Assembly (NCBI RefSeq): GCF_020745735.1 | Contig: NC_083407.1 | Location: 84,311,857-84,375,856, forward strand | Direction: 5' to 3' | From: Hemiscyllium ocellatum | Lineage: Eukaryota | Length of the DNA stretch: 64,000 nt | Part shown: positions 48,860 through 61,039 of the stretch, in pieces | How positions within the stretch are numbered: the first letter of the stretch is position 1 | Layout of the letters: the number at the start of each line of letters is the position of its first letter | Translations under genes and position numbers: made by a program | Notes under the pieces: model-generated | What the model saw: the letters and a program-made list of their open reading frames with translations, nothing else | The model's database searches: none | What the model was told of the DNA's origin: nothing

Positions 48860-49730
48860 CTAACAAAACAAAGATTTCTGAATTGTAAAAACTGTATGAC
48901 AAAATGATTTCCAGAATTAAAGTATAGTATTTACTGAGGATCTTCTCTGCAAAATAATGTAAACTATTTTCAGATAAACCTGTCGCAGGTGCATCCTTCA
49001 ATATCACATCAGTATCCTCAGAATTTGACATTTTTGCTCAAAAATGTGATCAAGGATCATTAACAAAACCAACTTTAAGTCACTCATTTTTGATACCTGC
49101 ATGCAATTTGTATTACTTTAATACCTATAAAATAATAGATAAGAGAATCAAAGGTTTGAACCTAATCGTGAAATTCAGCATTTGAACTCCAAGATTAGCC
49201 AGTAAACTTGTAAATCACTCCCAAATTATTCAGAGTTCTGAGAGATTCAGTTGTAAATTTTCTTCTTGAAAAGCAATTTAAAAACTGGATTTAATTACTC
49301 TCCATTTTTCTAATATGATGTTTTGGCAAACCATTTATTTTCTATTTTTGAACATTCCTTACACTGGGACAGGAGGAGCCAAATTACTCCTTTGACTTGG
49401 CTAATGCCTTTTCATTGACAATCACCAAGAATTATTGAAATGCTGAGGATCAGTATCCCTTCAATGTCTCCATTCTTCCCTCTGGCAAAATCCTAAACTT
49501 CACTTTCTGGTCCCACACGATGACATGGCCAGAGTACAAAAATCATTTTTGGAGAATTAAATGGACATTATCTTATTCCTCCATGGCAAATACTTCACCA
49601 TTAAATTTAATCGGCTAGTCTACATTTTAGGTGAAATGTGTTGTGCATTACAAGAGAGTTTCAAAATTACTGAAGTGTTTTATGAAAAGCTGAAGCTCAC
49701 ATTTATTATTATAAATATTTGGTTATTTAC

Positions 49731-49950
49731 CATTATAACAAGCCCAGTGCAATGGTGTATAGCCATAATTATCTACAAGATTTGTGAGGGAACTTATAGA
49801 AAGTGCTGACGGCAATAAATTGCACAATAACGTTGCATGACCACAAGCTGCTGCAAAATGCAACGGGGTCCTTCCTTTGGAATCACGACACAAAATAAAT
49901 GCATCATGGTCCAATAATGTTTCCACACATTCTTCGTGGCCAGTAACAAC
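49731..49950 (-). CDS. ANKRD44: ANKRD44 exon ([38 protein letters not shown]...[10 protein letters not shown])
   Basis: 220 bp; acceptor tttatatatag, donor gtaaat; phases 0/1. Confidence 0.95.
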
Positions 49951-50559
49951 CTATATATAAAAAAAAACAACATTTTAATAGTGTATTTCCACAGAAGTCT
50001 AAAACAAAGTAAACACTTGTTCCTAGTTTGATTCTGCCAGGCTCACAATAATAAATCCAGCAGCACTAACATAAATACAATTGTGAAGTTTTGAAACCAC
50101 GTGCAAATATCTAAAATAACAGTGATATGAAGCCACCAGACATAACTCATTCTACCTTCAGACAATGGTGTTGACTGAAAACAAAATGTAAGGGCAAAAC
50201 CCAACTGATTAATTGTGGGGCCATTTTTGGGTCAGGAACCAAATCTTTTGAGTAATAGATCTTCCAGATCTCAACACTGGATGGCAACCTGCTTCAGAGA
50301 TTTCTGTCCAATGAGGGTAAGCAAGCAAAATGAAGCACATAAACACAAAAGATCTGTCTTTGAAGGGACACTAGCAGCACTCTCAGTAGCAGTTGTCTTT
50401 TTTAAAAAAATAACACTAGGATGTAAGCCTTCTGCTTCTGGGGATTTATTGGATTTTAGTCCCTCAAGTTTGTCCATTGGCTCTTCTCTGCTGATTTTTT
50501 AAAAAAATTGTTAACTTTTTAGTATCTGGGTTAAATAACTCTCATATAACAGATCAGTG

Positions 50560-52625
50560 CAGTACAGGCCCTTCAGCCCTCAATGTTACGTCAACATGTG
50601 GAACCAATCTGAAGCCCATCCAACCTGAACTATTCCATTTTCATTCATATGTTTATCCAATGACCATTTAAATGCCCTTAAAGTTGGCGAGTCTACTATT
50701 GTTGCAGGCAGGACATTCCACACCCCTACTACTCTAAGTAAAGAAACTACCTCTGACATCTGTCCTACATCTATCACCCCTCAATTTAAAACTATGTCCC
50801 CTCATGTTAGCATTCACCATGTGAGGAAAAAGGGTCTCACTGTTCACCCTATCTAATCCTCCGATTATCTTACGTCTCAATAAAGTCACCTCTCAACCTT
50901 CTTCTTTCTAATGATACAGACTCAAAGGTCCTCAGCCTTTCCTCATGTGACCTTCTCCTCCATACCAGGCAACATCCTAGTAAATCTTCTCTGAACAGTT
51001 TCCAAAGCTTCCACATCCTTCCTATTATGCGGTGCCAGAACTTACTCTGAAAACAGCAGCACTAGAGTTTGTACAGCTAAAGCATGATCTCGTGGCTCCA
51101 AAACTCAAATCTTCTCCCAATAAAAGCTAACACACCATATGCCTTTTTAACAAGCCTATCAACCTGGGTGGTAACTTTCAGGGATCTATGTACTTGGCCA
51201 CCAAAATCTCTGTTCATCCACGCTACCGAGAATCTTACCATTAGCCCAGCACACTTTATTCCTGTTACTCCTTCCAAAGTGAATCACCTCAGACTTTTCC
51301 ACATTAAACTCCATTTGCCACCTCTCAGCCCAACTCTACAGCTTATCTGTGTCCCTCTGTAACCTGCAACAGCTTTCAGAACCATCCGCACCTCCACAGA
51401 CCTTAGTGTCATCTGCAAATTTCCTAACCCATCCTTCTATGGCCTCATTATAAAAAAATTACCAACAGCAGTGGCCCCAAAACAGATCTTGCCGTGCACC
51501 AATAGTCAACTCCAGGATGAACATTTCCCGTCAACCACCACCCTCTGTCTTCTTTCAGCTAGCCAATTTCTTATGCAAACCGCTAATTCATCCTCAATCC
51601 CATGTCTCCGTATTTTGTGCAATAGCCTACCGTGGGGAACTTATCAAACGCCTTACTCAAATCCATATACATCACATCAACTGCTTTACCCTCATCCACC
51701 TGTTTGGCCACCATCTCAAAGAACTCAATAAGGTTCTGAGGCACAAACTACCCTTCACAAAACCATGTTGACTATTCCTAATCAACTTATTCCTCTCTAT
51801 ATCATTATAAATCCTGTCTCATAAGCTTTTCAAACACTTTACCCATAGTCGAAGTAAGGCTCACTTATCTACAATTACCAGGGTTGTCTCTACTCCCTTC
51901 TTGAACATCATTTGCTATTCTCCAGTCTTCTGCCACTATTTCTGTAGATAATGATGACATAAAGGTCAAAGCAAAGGGCTCTGCAATCTTCTCCCTGACT
52001 TCCCAAAGAACCCTAGGATAAATCCTATCCAGACCAGGGGACTTAACTATTTTCACACTTTTCAGATTGCTAACATGTCCTCCTAGTGAACCTCAATCCC
52101 GTCCAGTCTAGTAGCCTGTATCTCAGTATTCTCCTTGACAACATTGTCTTTTTCCAGCGTGAATACTGATGAAAAATATCTATTTAGCACTTTCTCTATC
52201 TCCTCGGACTCCACGCACAACTTCCCACAACTGCCCTTGATTGGCCCTCTCTTTCTCTAATCATTCTTTTATTTCTGATATACCTATAGAAAGCTTTAGG
52301 GTATTCCTTGATCCTAGCTGCCAATGACTCTTCATGTCCCCTCCTGGCTCCTCTTAGCTCTCTTTTTGGGTCTTTCTTGGCTAACTTGCAATTCTCAAGC
52401 ACCCTAACTGAGCCTTCACGTCTCATCCTAACATAAGCCTCCTTCTTCCTCTTGACAAGAGATTCAACTCCTTTAGTAAACCATGGCTCCCTTGTTCGAC
52501 CACTTCCTCCCTCCCATGCAGTAGCTGTTCCTTGAATAATCTCCACATTTCAATTGTGCCCAGTCCCTGCAGTTTTCTTCCCCATCTTATGCATCCTAAA
52601 TCTTGCCTTATCACATTGTAATTGC
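50560..52625 (-). mobile_element. CR1 LINE, truncated and degenerate, related to the 26218 element
   Basis: REPWFTKGVESLVKRKKEAYVR, KSPGLDRIYPRVLWE, VHRSLKVTTQVDR; same 3' end motif (caggcccttcagccc). Confidence 0.9.
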
Positions 52626-52689
52626 CAAATCATGAGGCCAGTATCCTGTCACACTTTGTTTACACATGCACAGCACTGTTTAAAAAATT

Positions 52690-53380
52690 ATTTTGTGGGT
52701 CTTGGGCATTGCTGACCGGCTAGCATTGATAGCCCATCAATATTTGCCTTGAGAAGATGGTGGTGAGCTGCCTTCTTGAATCTCTGCAGTCCACTTGCTG
52801 TGTGTTGAGGGAGGGAATTCTAGGATTTTGACCCAATGACTGTGAAGAGATAGAGGTATATTTCCAAGTCAGGGTGGTGAGTGACTTGGAAGGGAACTTG
52901 CAGGTGGTGATGTTCCCAAGTACCTACTGCCCTTGTCCTTCTGGATGGATGTGGTTATGGGTTCTGAAGGTACTGTCTAAGGATCTTTGGTGAATTTCTG
53001 CAGTGCATCTTGTAGATAGTACACACTGCTGCTACTGGTGTTGGAGAGATTGTAGATGTGATGCCAATCTAGCAGTTTGTTTTGTCCTAGGTGGTGTCAA
53101 CCTTCTTTAATGTTGTTGGAGCTGCACCTATCCAGGCAAGTGTAGAGTATTCCATCACACCCTTGACTTGTGCCTTGTAGATGGTGGATAGACTTTGGGT
53201 GGCAGGAGGTGAGTTACTTGCCACAGTATCCGTAGTCTCTGACCTGCTCCTGTAGCCACTCTAGTTGAGCTTCTAGTCAATGGTAACCCCAAGGATGTTG
53301 ACAGCGAGGGTTCAGTAATGGTGATACCGTTGAATGTCAAGGGGTGGTGGTTAGAGTGCCTGGCTGACCTCATTACAATC
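52690..53380 (-). mobile_element. 3' end of a different CR1/L2-group LINE
   Basis: NHHPLTFNGITITE..ATGAGQRLRILWQVTHLL; a related 3' remnant lies at ~7240-7500. Confidence 0.65.
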
Positions 53381-54689
53381 ACTATACTGGGTATTTTCCA
53401 TTTTTGGCATATAACTATTACACCAGTATTTTCTAACTTTTGGAATTCCTAATCCCCACCCATACTGATTCTACTTCCTGACTTTTGAGTAAAATGCTTT
53501 CTCAGTAGTGCCCTTACATCATTCTTTACCCCCTACCTATCACCCCCTCCTTTTCCATTGTGCCGAACTTTGAAATGTTGGGTACATTGTAACATTTATT
53601 TACCAATCTTTGCTGCCCTTTAATGGAACCCTTGGTCTCTAAAACTTAAAGTAGATCTAAACAATTTATCACTATTTGTGCCATTACTTCATCTGATTGT
53701 ACTACCACTATTAAATATCTCTTGTTCCTTCCTGTCCCACTCTCGTGGTCTTTATCCAAATCAATGCACTAATGTCTTATCTTTTCCAAACCGTTCCCCA
53801 ACCTGTTGTGATGATCTGAATCAAGTCACCAAATTTTTGTAAGGATCTGGCTAGGAAACAATAATCATTTGAAAAAGAAGTTAGTAAGTGCAGTCATAAC
53901 AGATCGCATGGATTTCTCAGCAAACTCCACCCTGATATTAATAGCTGTGGGCCATGAAAACTTTACAAGAGACTACAAATACCTTTCTTTTTAAGGCCTA
54001 TCTACGCAACTCCTTCAAAAGCCACTACATCATGGACTGTTCATATTCTGATGGTCCATCTTCCTTTCCTAAGACTATGCTCCCCTGAATTCTTGGACAC
54101 TTCACTTCACTTACTGTTAGGCACAACTTTAGCTTTTCACAAACAGCTAACTTCACAATGTGATTACTGATTTTTTTTTAATCTATTCTTATAATCAACC
54201 TGTTCACAAATGTAATTACATACCTCAGACTCAAACCTGGGCTCTTGTTCCAGGGTTAAGGACACAACCATTGCATCACTGAAGGCTTTTCCTGAGCACT
54301 AATATGGTTTAGCTGCATCAAGCAATTACTGATTGAGAGTTTTCAACCTCAACTTTCTGCAGCACTGAACAACTAGAGACATATCACTGGAAATGCTGAT
54401 TGAACTGCAGGCACACTATCATGAATTTAAAGATGCCTAAATAGTTTCAAGATTCACAAAGGGTGACAAGTTGAATAAAACCTGAGGTAAGAATGAACGA
54501 GGATGAATAAATGTAACTTTATTTGCATTTTGTTACTTGTGTCATGTTTACATTGTAATGAATCACAGTTGAAATGACATTTCATTTTCCCAAACATGGA
54601 AGGCATATTAGAAGCACATATTGTTATGGATCATGAGAATTTACTGAAAAAGCAAATAGTTTCAGAAAAGGGAGACAACGCAAAACTCA

Positions 54690-55212
54690 TTGCAGAGTTC
54701 AGAACCAGGGGCACTGGCTTAAGGTGAGATTTAAGATTTAAAAGGGATGTGAGGGGCAACTGTTTCACTATGTTAACGGAATGAATTGCCAGAGGGAGTG
54801 GTGGAGTAGACAAGCAGGAAGTTAGAAGAACACAACAAGCCAGGCAGCATTGGGAGGTGGAGAAGCTGATGTTTCAGATGTAACCCTTCAGGAATCATTC
54901 CTGAAGGAGAGTTACACCAAATCATCAACTTCTCCACCTCCTGATGCTGCCTGGCTTGCTGTGTTCTTCCAGCCTCCTGCTTGTCTACTTTGGATTCCAG
55001 CATCTGCAGTTTTTTGGCTCTAACAGAGGGAGCGGTAGTGGTAAGTACAGTTACAACATTATTAAGACATTTAGACAGGTACATGAATAAGAAAGCTTTA
55101 TATAATTATGGGCGAACACAGGCTTCCCAAATGACAGGCATTTGGGAAGCATGGTCAACATGGATGAGTTATATCAAATGGTCTGTTGCCATGCTGTATG
55201 ACTCTATGACCC
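54690..55212 (+). mobile_element. CR1 3' fragment hosting a palindromic PLE-derived insertion
   Basis: agaaccagggggca...atgactctatgac tail; interrupted at 54805-55023. Confidence 0.75.
54805..55023. mobile_element. Palindromic PLE-end mini-element (two ~92 bp arms + 34 nt tail), 15-bp TSD
   Basis: Arms 54805-54895 / 54897-54989, centred on cttcaggaatcattcctgaag; TSD cagagggagtggtgg (54790-54804) / cagagggagcggtag (55024-55038). Confidence 0.85.
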
Positions 55213-56338
55213 TATGTTCTAAAAGCACAGACAGATTCAACTGCTCTCAAACTCTCAATGAATTGCTAGAAAATTTAGTTCAGCTACCATTTCAGCACTT
55301 CAGGTATTTTTTGCATGTAGTGTCTGTCCTCATCCAACTGCCTATAACCTCTGATGTGCTGAGTAATCCTTGAAATGTTTTGAGTGACCTATCACAAGAG
55401 GCCAGAACTATTGTTAACCAGAACTAAACAGTAAAATCCCTTGGAAGCAATTCCAGCCTAAAAAGTTGCAATATTCACTGTGTACTGACTTAAAGCACAA
55501 ATTGCATACAGAAATAATGGAATCTATCACACTTGTGTGGTCCTGGTTATACAGTTCACCAAAGTTCATGTCACAGAATTGCTCCTCTTGCAGACACGCT
55601 GATAGAAATTTCCATGAATTGTTCACTGGACTAAAGCTTGCCACTTTCCACTTTTATATTTGGGAATTAACTTCGGTTTCAAGCCTCGGTCTTTCCTCAT
55701 GTGCACTTGCCTGCTCTGATCTTCCAAACACCAGTGCAGAATATGACACATGTACCATTGGGAAAGAGGCAGGGCAAGTGAGAGTTGGCTTTTGACTGCA
55801 GAATTAGTTGCATTCATTGGATGGTCACTTCAGCCACAAAATTTCCAGCTTCAGTTTCAACCTGCCCCTAGGAAAACTGGAGGCAGCAAGAAGAAATCAG
55901 GATAGCGACCCTATAGCAATTTCTACTATTTCCCCAGCTCCACTTTCCGCAATCCCACTTTTACCCAAATCCACACAGAATATATTAAAATCTTGCTGCA
56001 AGGATCAGTTCCAATATGGAAATTGTTCTCAAGTGGAAAACAGCAGGAATGTTCACAATTCAGAAGTTAAACTATTTTACATCTAATAACAATCAATCAT
56101 TGAAGAATCAATTAATATGTTTCCAGTGACATTGAAAATACGCACATTTAAAACCAGTGAAAACAATTTTAATGCAAAAAAAATTATATGAAGTAGTAAG
56201 ATGAGAATTTTAATTTCCTTTCGCTCTTCAGATTTGGAGTAGATTTACATTTGAAAAATCTGCAAGCGAATATGCATTTTTGAAAAACAGTTAAGTTTAA
56301 TTAACATTCTGTATTTAAGTTTTGAATGCATGCCTCAC

Positions 56339-56456
56339 CCCACGATGCAAGGCTGTACAGCCTCGTTTATCTGCTGCATCTATATTTGCACCTTTTTCAA
56401 GTAATAGAATGACAGCATCGATGTGTCCATTAGCAACTGCAAGCATCATTGGTGTC
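56339..56456 (-). CDS. ANKRD44: ANKRD44 exon ([39 protein letters not shown])
   Basis: 118 bp; acceptor cttcactag, donor gtgagg; phases 2/0. Confidence 0.95.
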
Positions 56457-56754
56457 CTAGTGAAGATTATTATGAAACAAGTTAACATGCAATTGCATAA
56501 CGTTGAAGTTACAGCAGTACGTGAAGAGTTAATGTATAGAAACTGAAATAGTAACCAAAATTTGACAAATGTGATAATCGATGAGCTACAATAATAATTA
56601 GTGGCACCAAGAAGGCTGGTAATATATGAAGTGTATGGCTCTGGATGAAATTGCATCTGTTGCAAATAAAAACAGCAATTGCAAGGTATGCTGGTCATGA
56701 TATTAGAATCCTCCTTAAGATGAAAGATATGATGCCAAAAAAACTAGAGGTTTG

Positions 56755-57324
56755 TGTTATGGACCAGGCCAGATCCCCTCAAAACATTTCAATAAGATAG
56801 CCCAGACCCTACCTTCCTAGTTGTTTTAAGGTGGATATTCCAGGAGTGATTCAGCTGGCCAAACCTCTCCCTCCACTCGATTTTAAACAAAACAATTTAT
56901 TTACTAACTACTGAATGAAACATGAATGAGAATTCGGAATAACCTAACCTATCTGAAAACCCAACTGACTCGATTGCAACTTAATGACGCTGTTCCAATT
57001 TCCTACAACATCCCCATAAACACACAAGAGAGATGTCAGAGAATCAGCATGGAACCTGTTTTCACTGTAGCTGTTTCTTTGGGTGCACAGCTAAAAACTA
57101 AACCAACCTAGAAAAATCCCTGAAGTGGGGGAACTGGCCACATCCCTTTCATTGTACAAATGTTTTTAAAAGAAATCTAAAAGCCTTTTTCCCTGATTAT
57201 GGCTAACTGATACAGCCTGAGGCAACAATCGAAGTGGCCCAATCAAATTGAAACCTCTGCCTTTTACAACCCCCTTTGAAACAAAAAGACAACATAACCT
57301 TGTTAAAGGAGGAGCATTGTCACA
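56755..57324. mobile_element. Probable solo LTR (570 bp)
   Basis: TGTTA...TCACA termini, flanks tttg/attg (3 of 4 match), AATAAA on the minus strand at ~56896-56901. Confidence 0.5.
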
Positions 57325-57404
57325 ATTGCAAACGCTACATCCTTGCTCCAAACAAAAAAGGATAAACCTGGCAATTACAAGTCAAGTTAGCCTCAGTGAT
57401 AGGA

Positions 57405-57704
57405 GGTTAAAAATCACAACATCAGGTTATAGTCCAACAGGTATAATTGGAAGCACACTAGCTTTTGGAGCGACGCTCCTTCATCAGGTAATCACCTGGC
57501 GAAGGAGCGCCGCTCTGAAAGCTAGTGTGCTTTCAAGATGCTGCCTGAAGATGCTGCTCTTCCAGCACCACTTATCCAGAATCTGGTTTCAAGCATCTGC
57601 AGTCATTGTTTTTACCTTGCTTCCAATTAAACCCGTTGGACTATAACCTGGTATTGTATGATTTTTAATTTTGTACACCCCAGTCTAACACCAGCATCTC
57701 CAAA
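57405..57704. mobile_element. Palindromic double-hammerhead mini-element with nested 81-bp PLE end; 12-bp TSD
   Basis: Inverted arms centred at 57491/57492; TSD tcagtgatagga (57393-57404) / tcagcgatagga (57705-57716); nested insert 57537-57617 with TSD tgctttcaa/tgcttccaa. Confidence 0.88.
57456..57527. ncRNA. Two head-to-head minimal hammerhead ribozyme motifs
   Basis: Minus: TAC-CTGATGA-AGGAGCGTCGCTCC-AAAA-GCTA-GTG. Plus: CAC-CTGGCGA-AGGAGCGCCGCTCT-GAAA-GCTA-GTG. Their consensus is a complete CUGAUGA/stem II/GAAA core with palindromic AGCU stem III. Confidence 0.8.
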
Positions 57705-57985
57705 TCAGCGATAGGAAGCTTTTAGAAAAAAAAGTGCTCCCAATTCAGGAATAACGACCTGGAGCTACCTGCACATATGCAGTTCTACATGACGCACAAA
57801 CGACTTCCGTGAAATCAACTGAATTTTGATTGCATTATGAATTGCAAAGCTTCACACAGCAGATCGTCATACAGACACATCCAACCAAATTCAATGAGAT
57901 TTTACAAATTCACACTGTTTAGCAAAGCTTGGAAAATTCACCCATCTGCTTTATCTATAGCTCTATCAAAAGCACTGTAAAGACA

Positions 57986-58198
57986 TAGCTAGTTCTGCCA
58001 TAACGAGTTTCATTAAGGCGAATTCACTATAACACAATTGATGAATGGGGGACACTTCCTAAAGTGCAAACTTTTTAAAAAGTGTGTTAGCTGTAATGTG
58101 ATTACATTAGAAACAGGGCTTAGTGTTGGCAAAGCGCCAATTTTCTATAATGCAGGGTTGAATAAGAATGCAACCATTGTGTTACAGAAGAACTACTC
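57986..58198. mobile_element. Degenerate MITE related to 42680-42906
   Basis: agttctgccataac...caattgatgaat...ttttctataat...gttacagaagaact shared with the first copy. Confidence 0.6.
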
Positions 58199-58737
58199 AT
58201 TAGATTAATTACCTCCTTGCCGTTTGCTAGATGACTATAGATATTTGCTTGTATGCCACTGATGTTTAGAAAAGGAATCAAAAAAAATTAGCAACCATTT
58301 GAACATTATTAATTGACAAAATAGAGCCAGATTTGTTAGGGACAAATCACGTTTGGTTCACTTGATTTGAGCTTAATGAAATTAATGAAGGTGAATAAAA
58401 GCAGCACTGTTGATGTTGCCAATATGCATTTGCAAAAATGTTTGACAGAAATTGATCCTTTATCCCCAAGGGTTCAATGAGGGATAGAAAGGAAGTTGTA
58501 ATGAATGCTCTTTTCAGATTTGAGGAAAGAGGAGTAGAATCACCCAAGATCAGGCACTATGACCACTGCTACTTCTGATATACATTACTGATTTGAAGCT
58601 GGAGATACAGGGCTAAACTTCAAATTTGTAGATTACACTAAACTTGTTTGAGTAGTTGACGTGAGGAAAATAGTAATTGTTTTAAGAGGATATAGGCTGG
58701 TGAAATGCTTGGACAAATATGAAATTTAACATGCCGT

Positions 58738-59057
58738 GGGCGGCATGGTGGCACAGTGGTTAGCACTGCTGCCTCACAGCACCAGAGACCTGGGTTCAAT
58801 TCCCGACTCAGGCGACTGACTGTGTGGAGTTTGCACATTCTCCCCGTGTCTGCGTTGGTTTCCTCCGGATGCTCCGGTTTCCTCCCACAGTCCAAAGATG
58901 TGCAGGTCAAGTGAATTGGCCATGCTAAATTGCCCCATAGTGTTAGGTAAAAGGGGTAAATGTAGGGGAATGGGTGGGTTTCGCTTCGGTGGGTCGGTGT
59001 GGACTTGTTGGGCCGAAGGGCCTGTTTCCACACTGTAAGTAATCTAATCTAATCTAA
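58738..59057 (+). mobile_element. HE1/V-SINE, young, inserted in an old CR1 remnant (~58300-59400)
   Basis: Complete head, core and (aatct)3 tail. Confidence 0.93.
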
Positions 59058-60288
59058 TAAAAAAAAGTTTGAAGTGACTGATTTTGTTAGGAAAAATGGA
59101 GAGACACAATACTTACAAAAAATGGTAAATTTTTAAGACGGTGGAAGAGAATAGACACCTTAGGTTTTTGTATATGAGTCCTTTAAGACAGCTGGACAAA
59201 TTAATTAAGTAGGTAATAAAGCATATTGGATCCCAAAATTTACAAACAATGCCAAAAGTTACACTATTAGTTCAGTTCCACTAAAGTTTATGCCTGATTC
59301 TGGGTACCATACTTTAGGAATAAATGCAAAAGCTTTGGGATGGTTACGGAGACATTTTCTGGAATGATCCTAAGAATAAAGGTTTACAGTTACATGAAAT
59401 AAATACACAGACCTTGGAAAAACTCAGCAACCTTAACAATGACTGTGTTATTGACCCAAAACATTAACTATTATTGTCTCCATTGAGGTTTCCTGAGCTG
59501 AGTTTTCCAAGCATTTTTTTTTTAAAAGATTTCTCATGTTTACAGTATTTTGTTTTCCTATTACAGTCCCATGATAGCTGGGGATTGATCTTTCCTGGGC
59601 CGTGGGGAATTTGAAGAACAACCGATGAAAACCTATCAAGGATTGGGACGGAGCTTGATATTCATATGGGATTTTGGTGGGAAACCATGTTGTGTGGTCA
59701 TTACACTTAATATCTGATGAGCACAGCAAGGGTGGAACAATCTGGGAATGAGTGCCATGCTGCCTGAATGATTGGAAGCTCCATGTCCAGATTAAAGTTC
59801 ATTGGACTAGAAAAAATTATCTCCATGGATCAATTAAGCCCTGAGACCTGGCATCACATTTGGGAACAATAGCAAGTTCCACTATTTGGGGCTGTCCATA
59901 CCCAAACGAGAGTGCTGATCATTCCATTCATCACAGTTTCCATTCATCATAGCAATGGCCTCTCAATTCTCTTTTAGTTGAAGCTAAATCTCTTGAAAAT
60001 ACAATGGCACCCCACGTCTTCTGGCCTAAAACGAAGGTCTCAAAAAAAAAATATATGCTGTACTAAAGGAGAAAATAATTGCGGGGATCCAGGGAAAGAG
60101 CAGAAAAATGGGATGAATCGGATTACTCTTCAAAGGACCTAGCACAGGTTCAATGGGCAAATGGAAGTTCTGAAGGAGGACAGGAGAAATCCCAGTTATG
60201 TTAAACATTATTGAAAAATTTCTTCAAGAACTAAATGGCTTCAAAGTGTTAGCACAAAATCATTTCAAATAAAATTATATCTACTCAC

Positions 60289-60376
60289 TGTCCATTGCCA
60301 TCTGTCACATCAACTGCATCCAAGCCACCTGCAGCTTCTATTAACATACGCAGGCATGTCGTATGACCATTGGAAA
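60289..60376 (-). CDS. ANKRD44: ANKRD44 exon (SNGHTTCLRMLIEAAGGLDAVDVTDGNGQ)
   Basis: 88 bp; acceptor ttgttgtatag, donor gtgagt; phases 1/2. Confidence 0.95.
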
Positions 60377-61039
60377 CTATACAACAAACGAAAGTGACAA
60401 ATATCACCCTTTGCTATGCCAATCTGTTCACACCAAATGTAAACAGCATGAATGCATCAGAGTTTGAGAAAACAATGGCTAAAAGGCAATATGCTACTGC
60501 ACTATTCATAAGAGTCATGTTTTACAAGACTTTTTCCACAGACAGTCTACTCCCTCCATTTACTAAATAGTCTAATCACTTAGCCATGGAATTTGATATC
60601 CAAGTCATGACAACCTATTCACCATTTTATTCTTGCTTAACCTTAAATGCAAGCATCAACATGGATGGTAACAATAGAGCATATCGCAACATTTTTGTAA
60701 GAAATAAAATTTAAATCCAAGTAAACATTAAATGTTTTATTGATTTTATACACACCCTAAATATTTGCAAAACTACCATTTAAGTTTATGCAAATTGACT
60801 GATATTTGGGTCATTTGAAGCTGCCAAACTAGTGCGAATTCTGGTCTCTAACTGTTGATTATGAAGGGATGAAAAAAATAAATGTAGATGAATCAACAAT
60901 GGTATACTGCATACACTAAATATTTGATATGTAACATTTAGTGGACAACACAAAGTTATTCAAAATCATTGGAGGCTCAATACATGCACAATATCATTTT
61001 TCAAACCAATTACATGCAAATTAGGAACTAACTTGAGAC

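Larger units (their letters stand above)
2780..60376 (-). other. ANKRD44: ANKRD44 gene span visible in window (last 10 coding exons; gene continues upstream beyond the window)
   Basis: Ten ankyrin-repeat exons, all GT-AG, splice into one open frame ending [28 protein letters not shown]...ENDSDSETF*. This C-terminus matches ANKRD44 rather than the paralogs ANKRD28 (DSETY) or ANKRD52, from recall. Confidence 0.9.

Noticed and set aside
58738-58810. tRNA genes at the SINE heads (also 13660 and 41713)
   Set aside because: A/B boxes run straight into the V-SINE core and tail; no complete cloverleaf.
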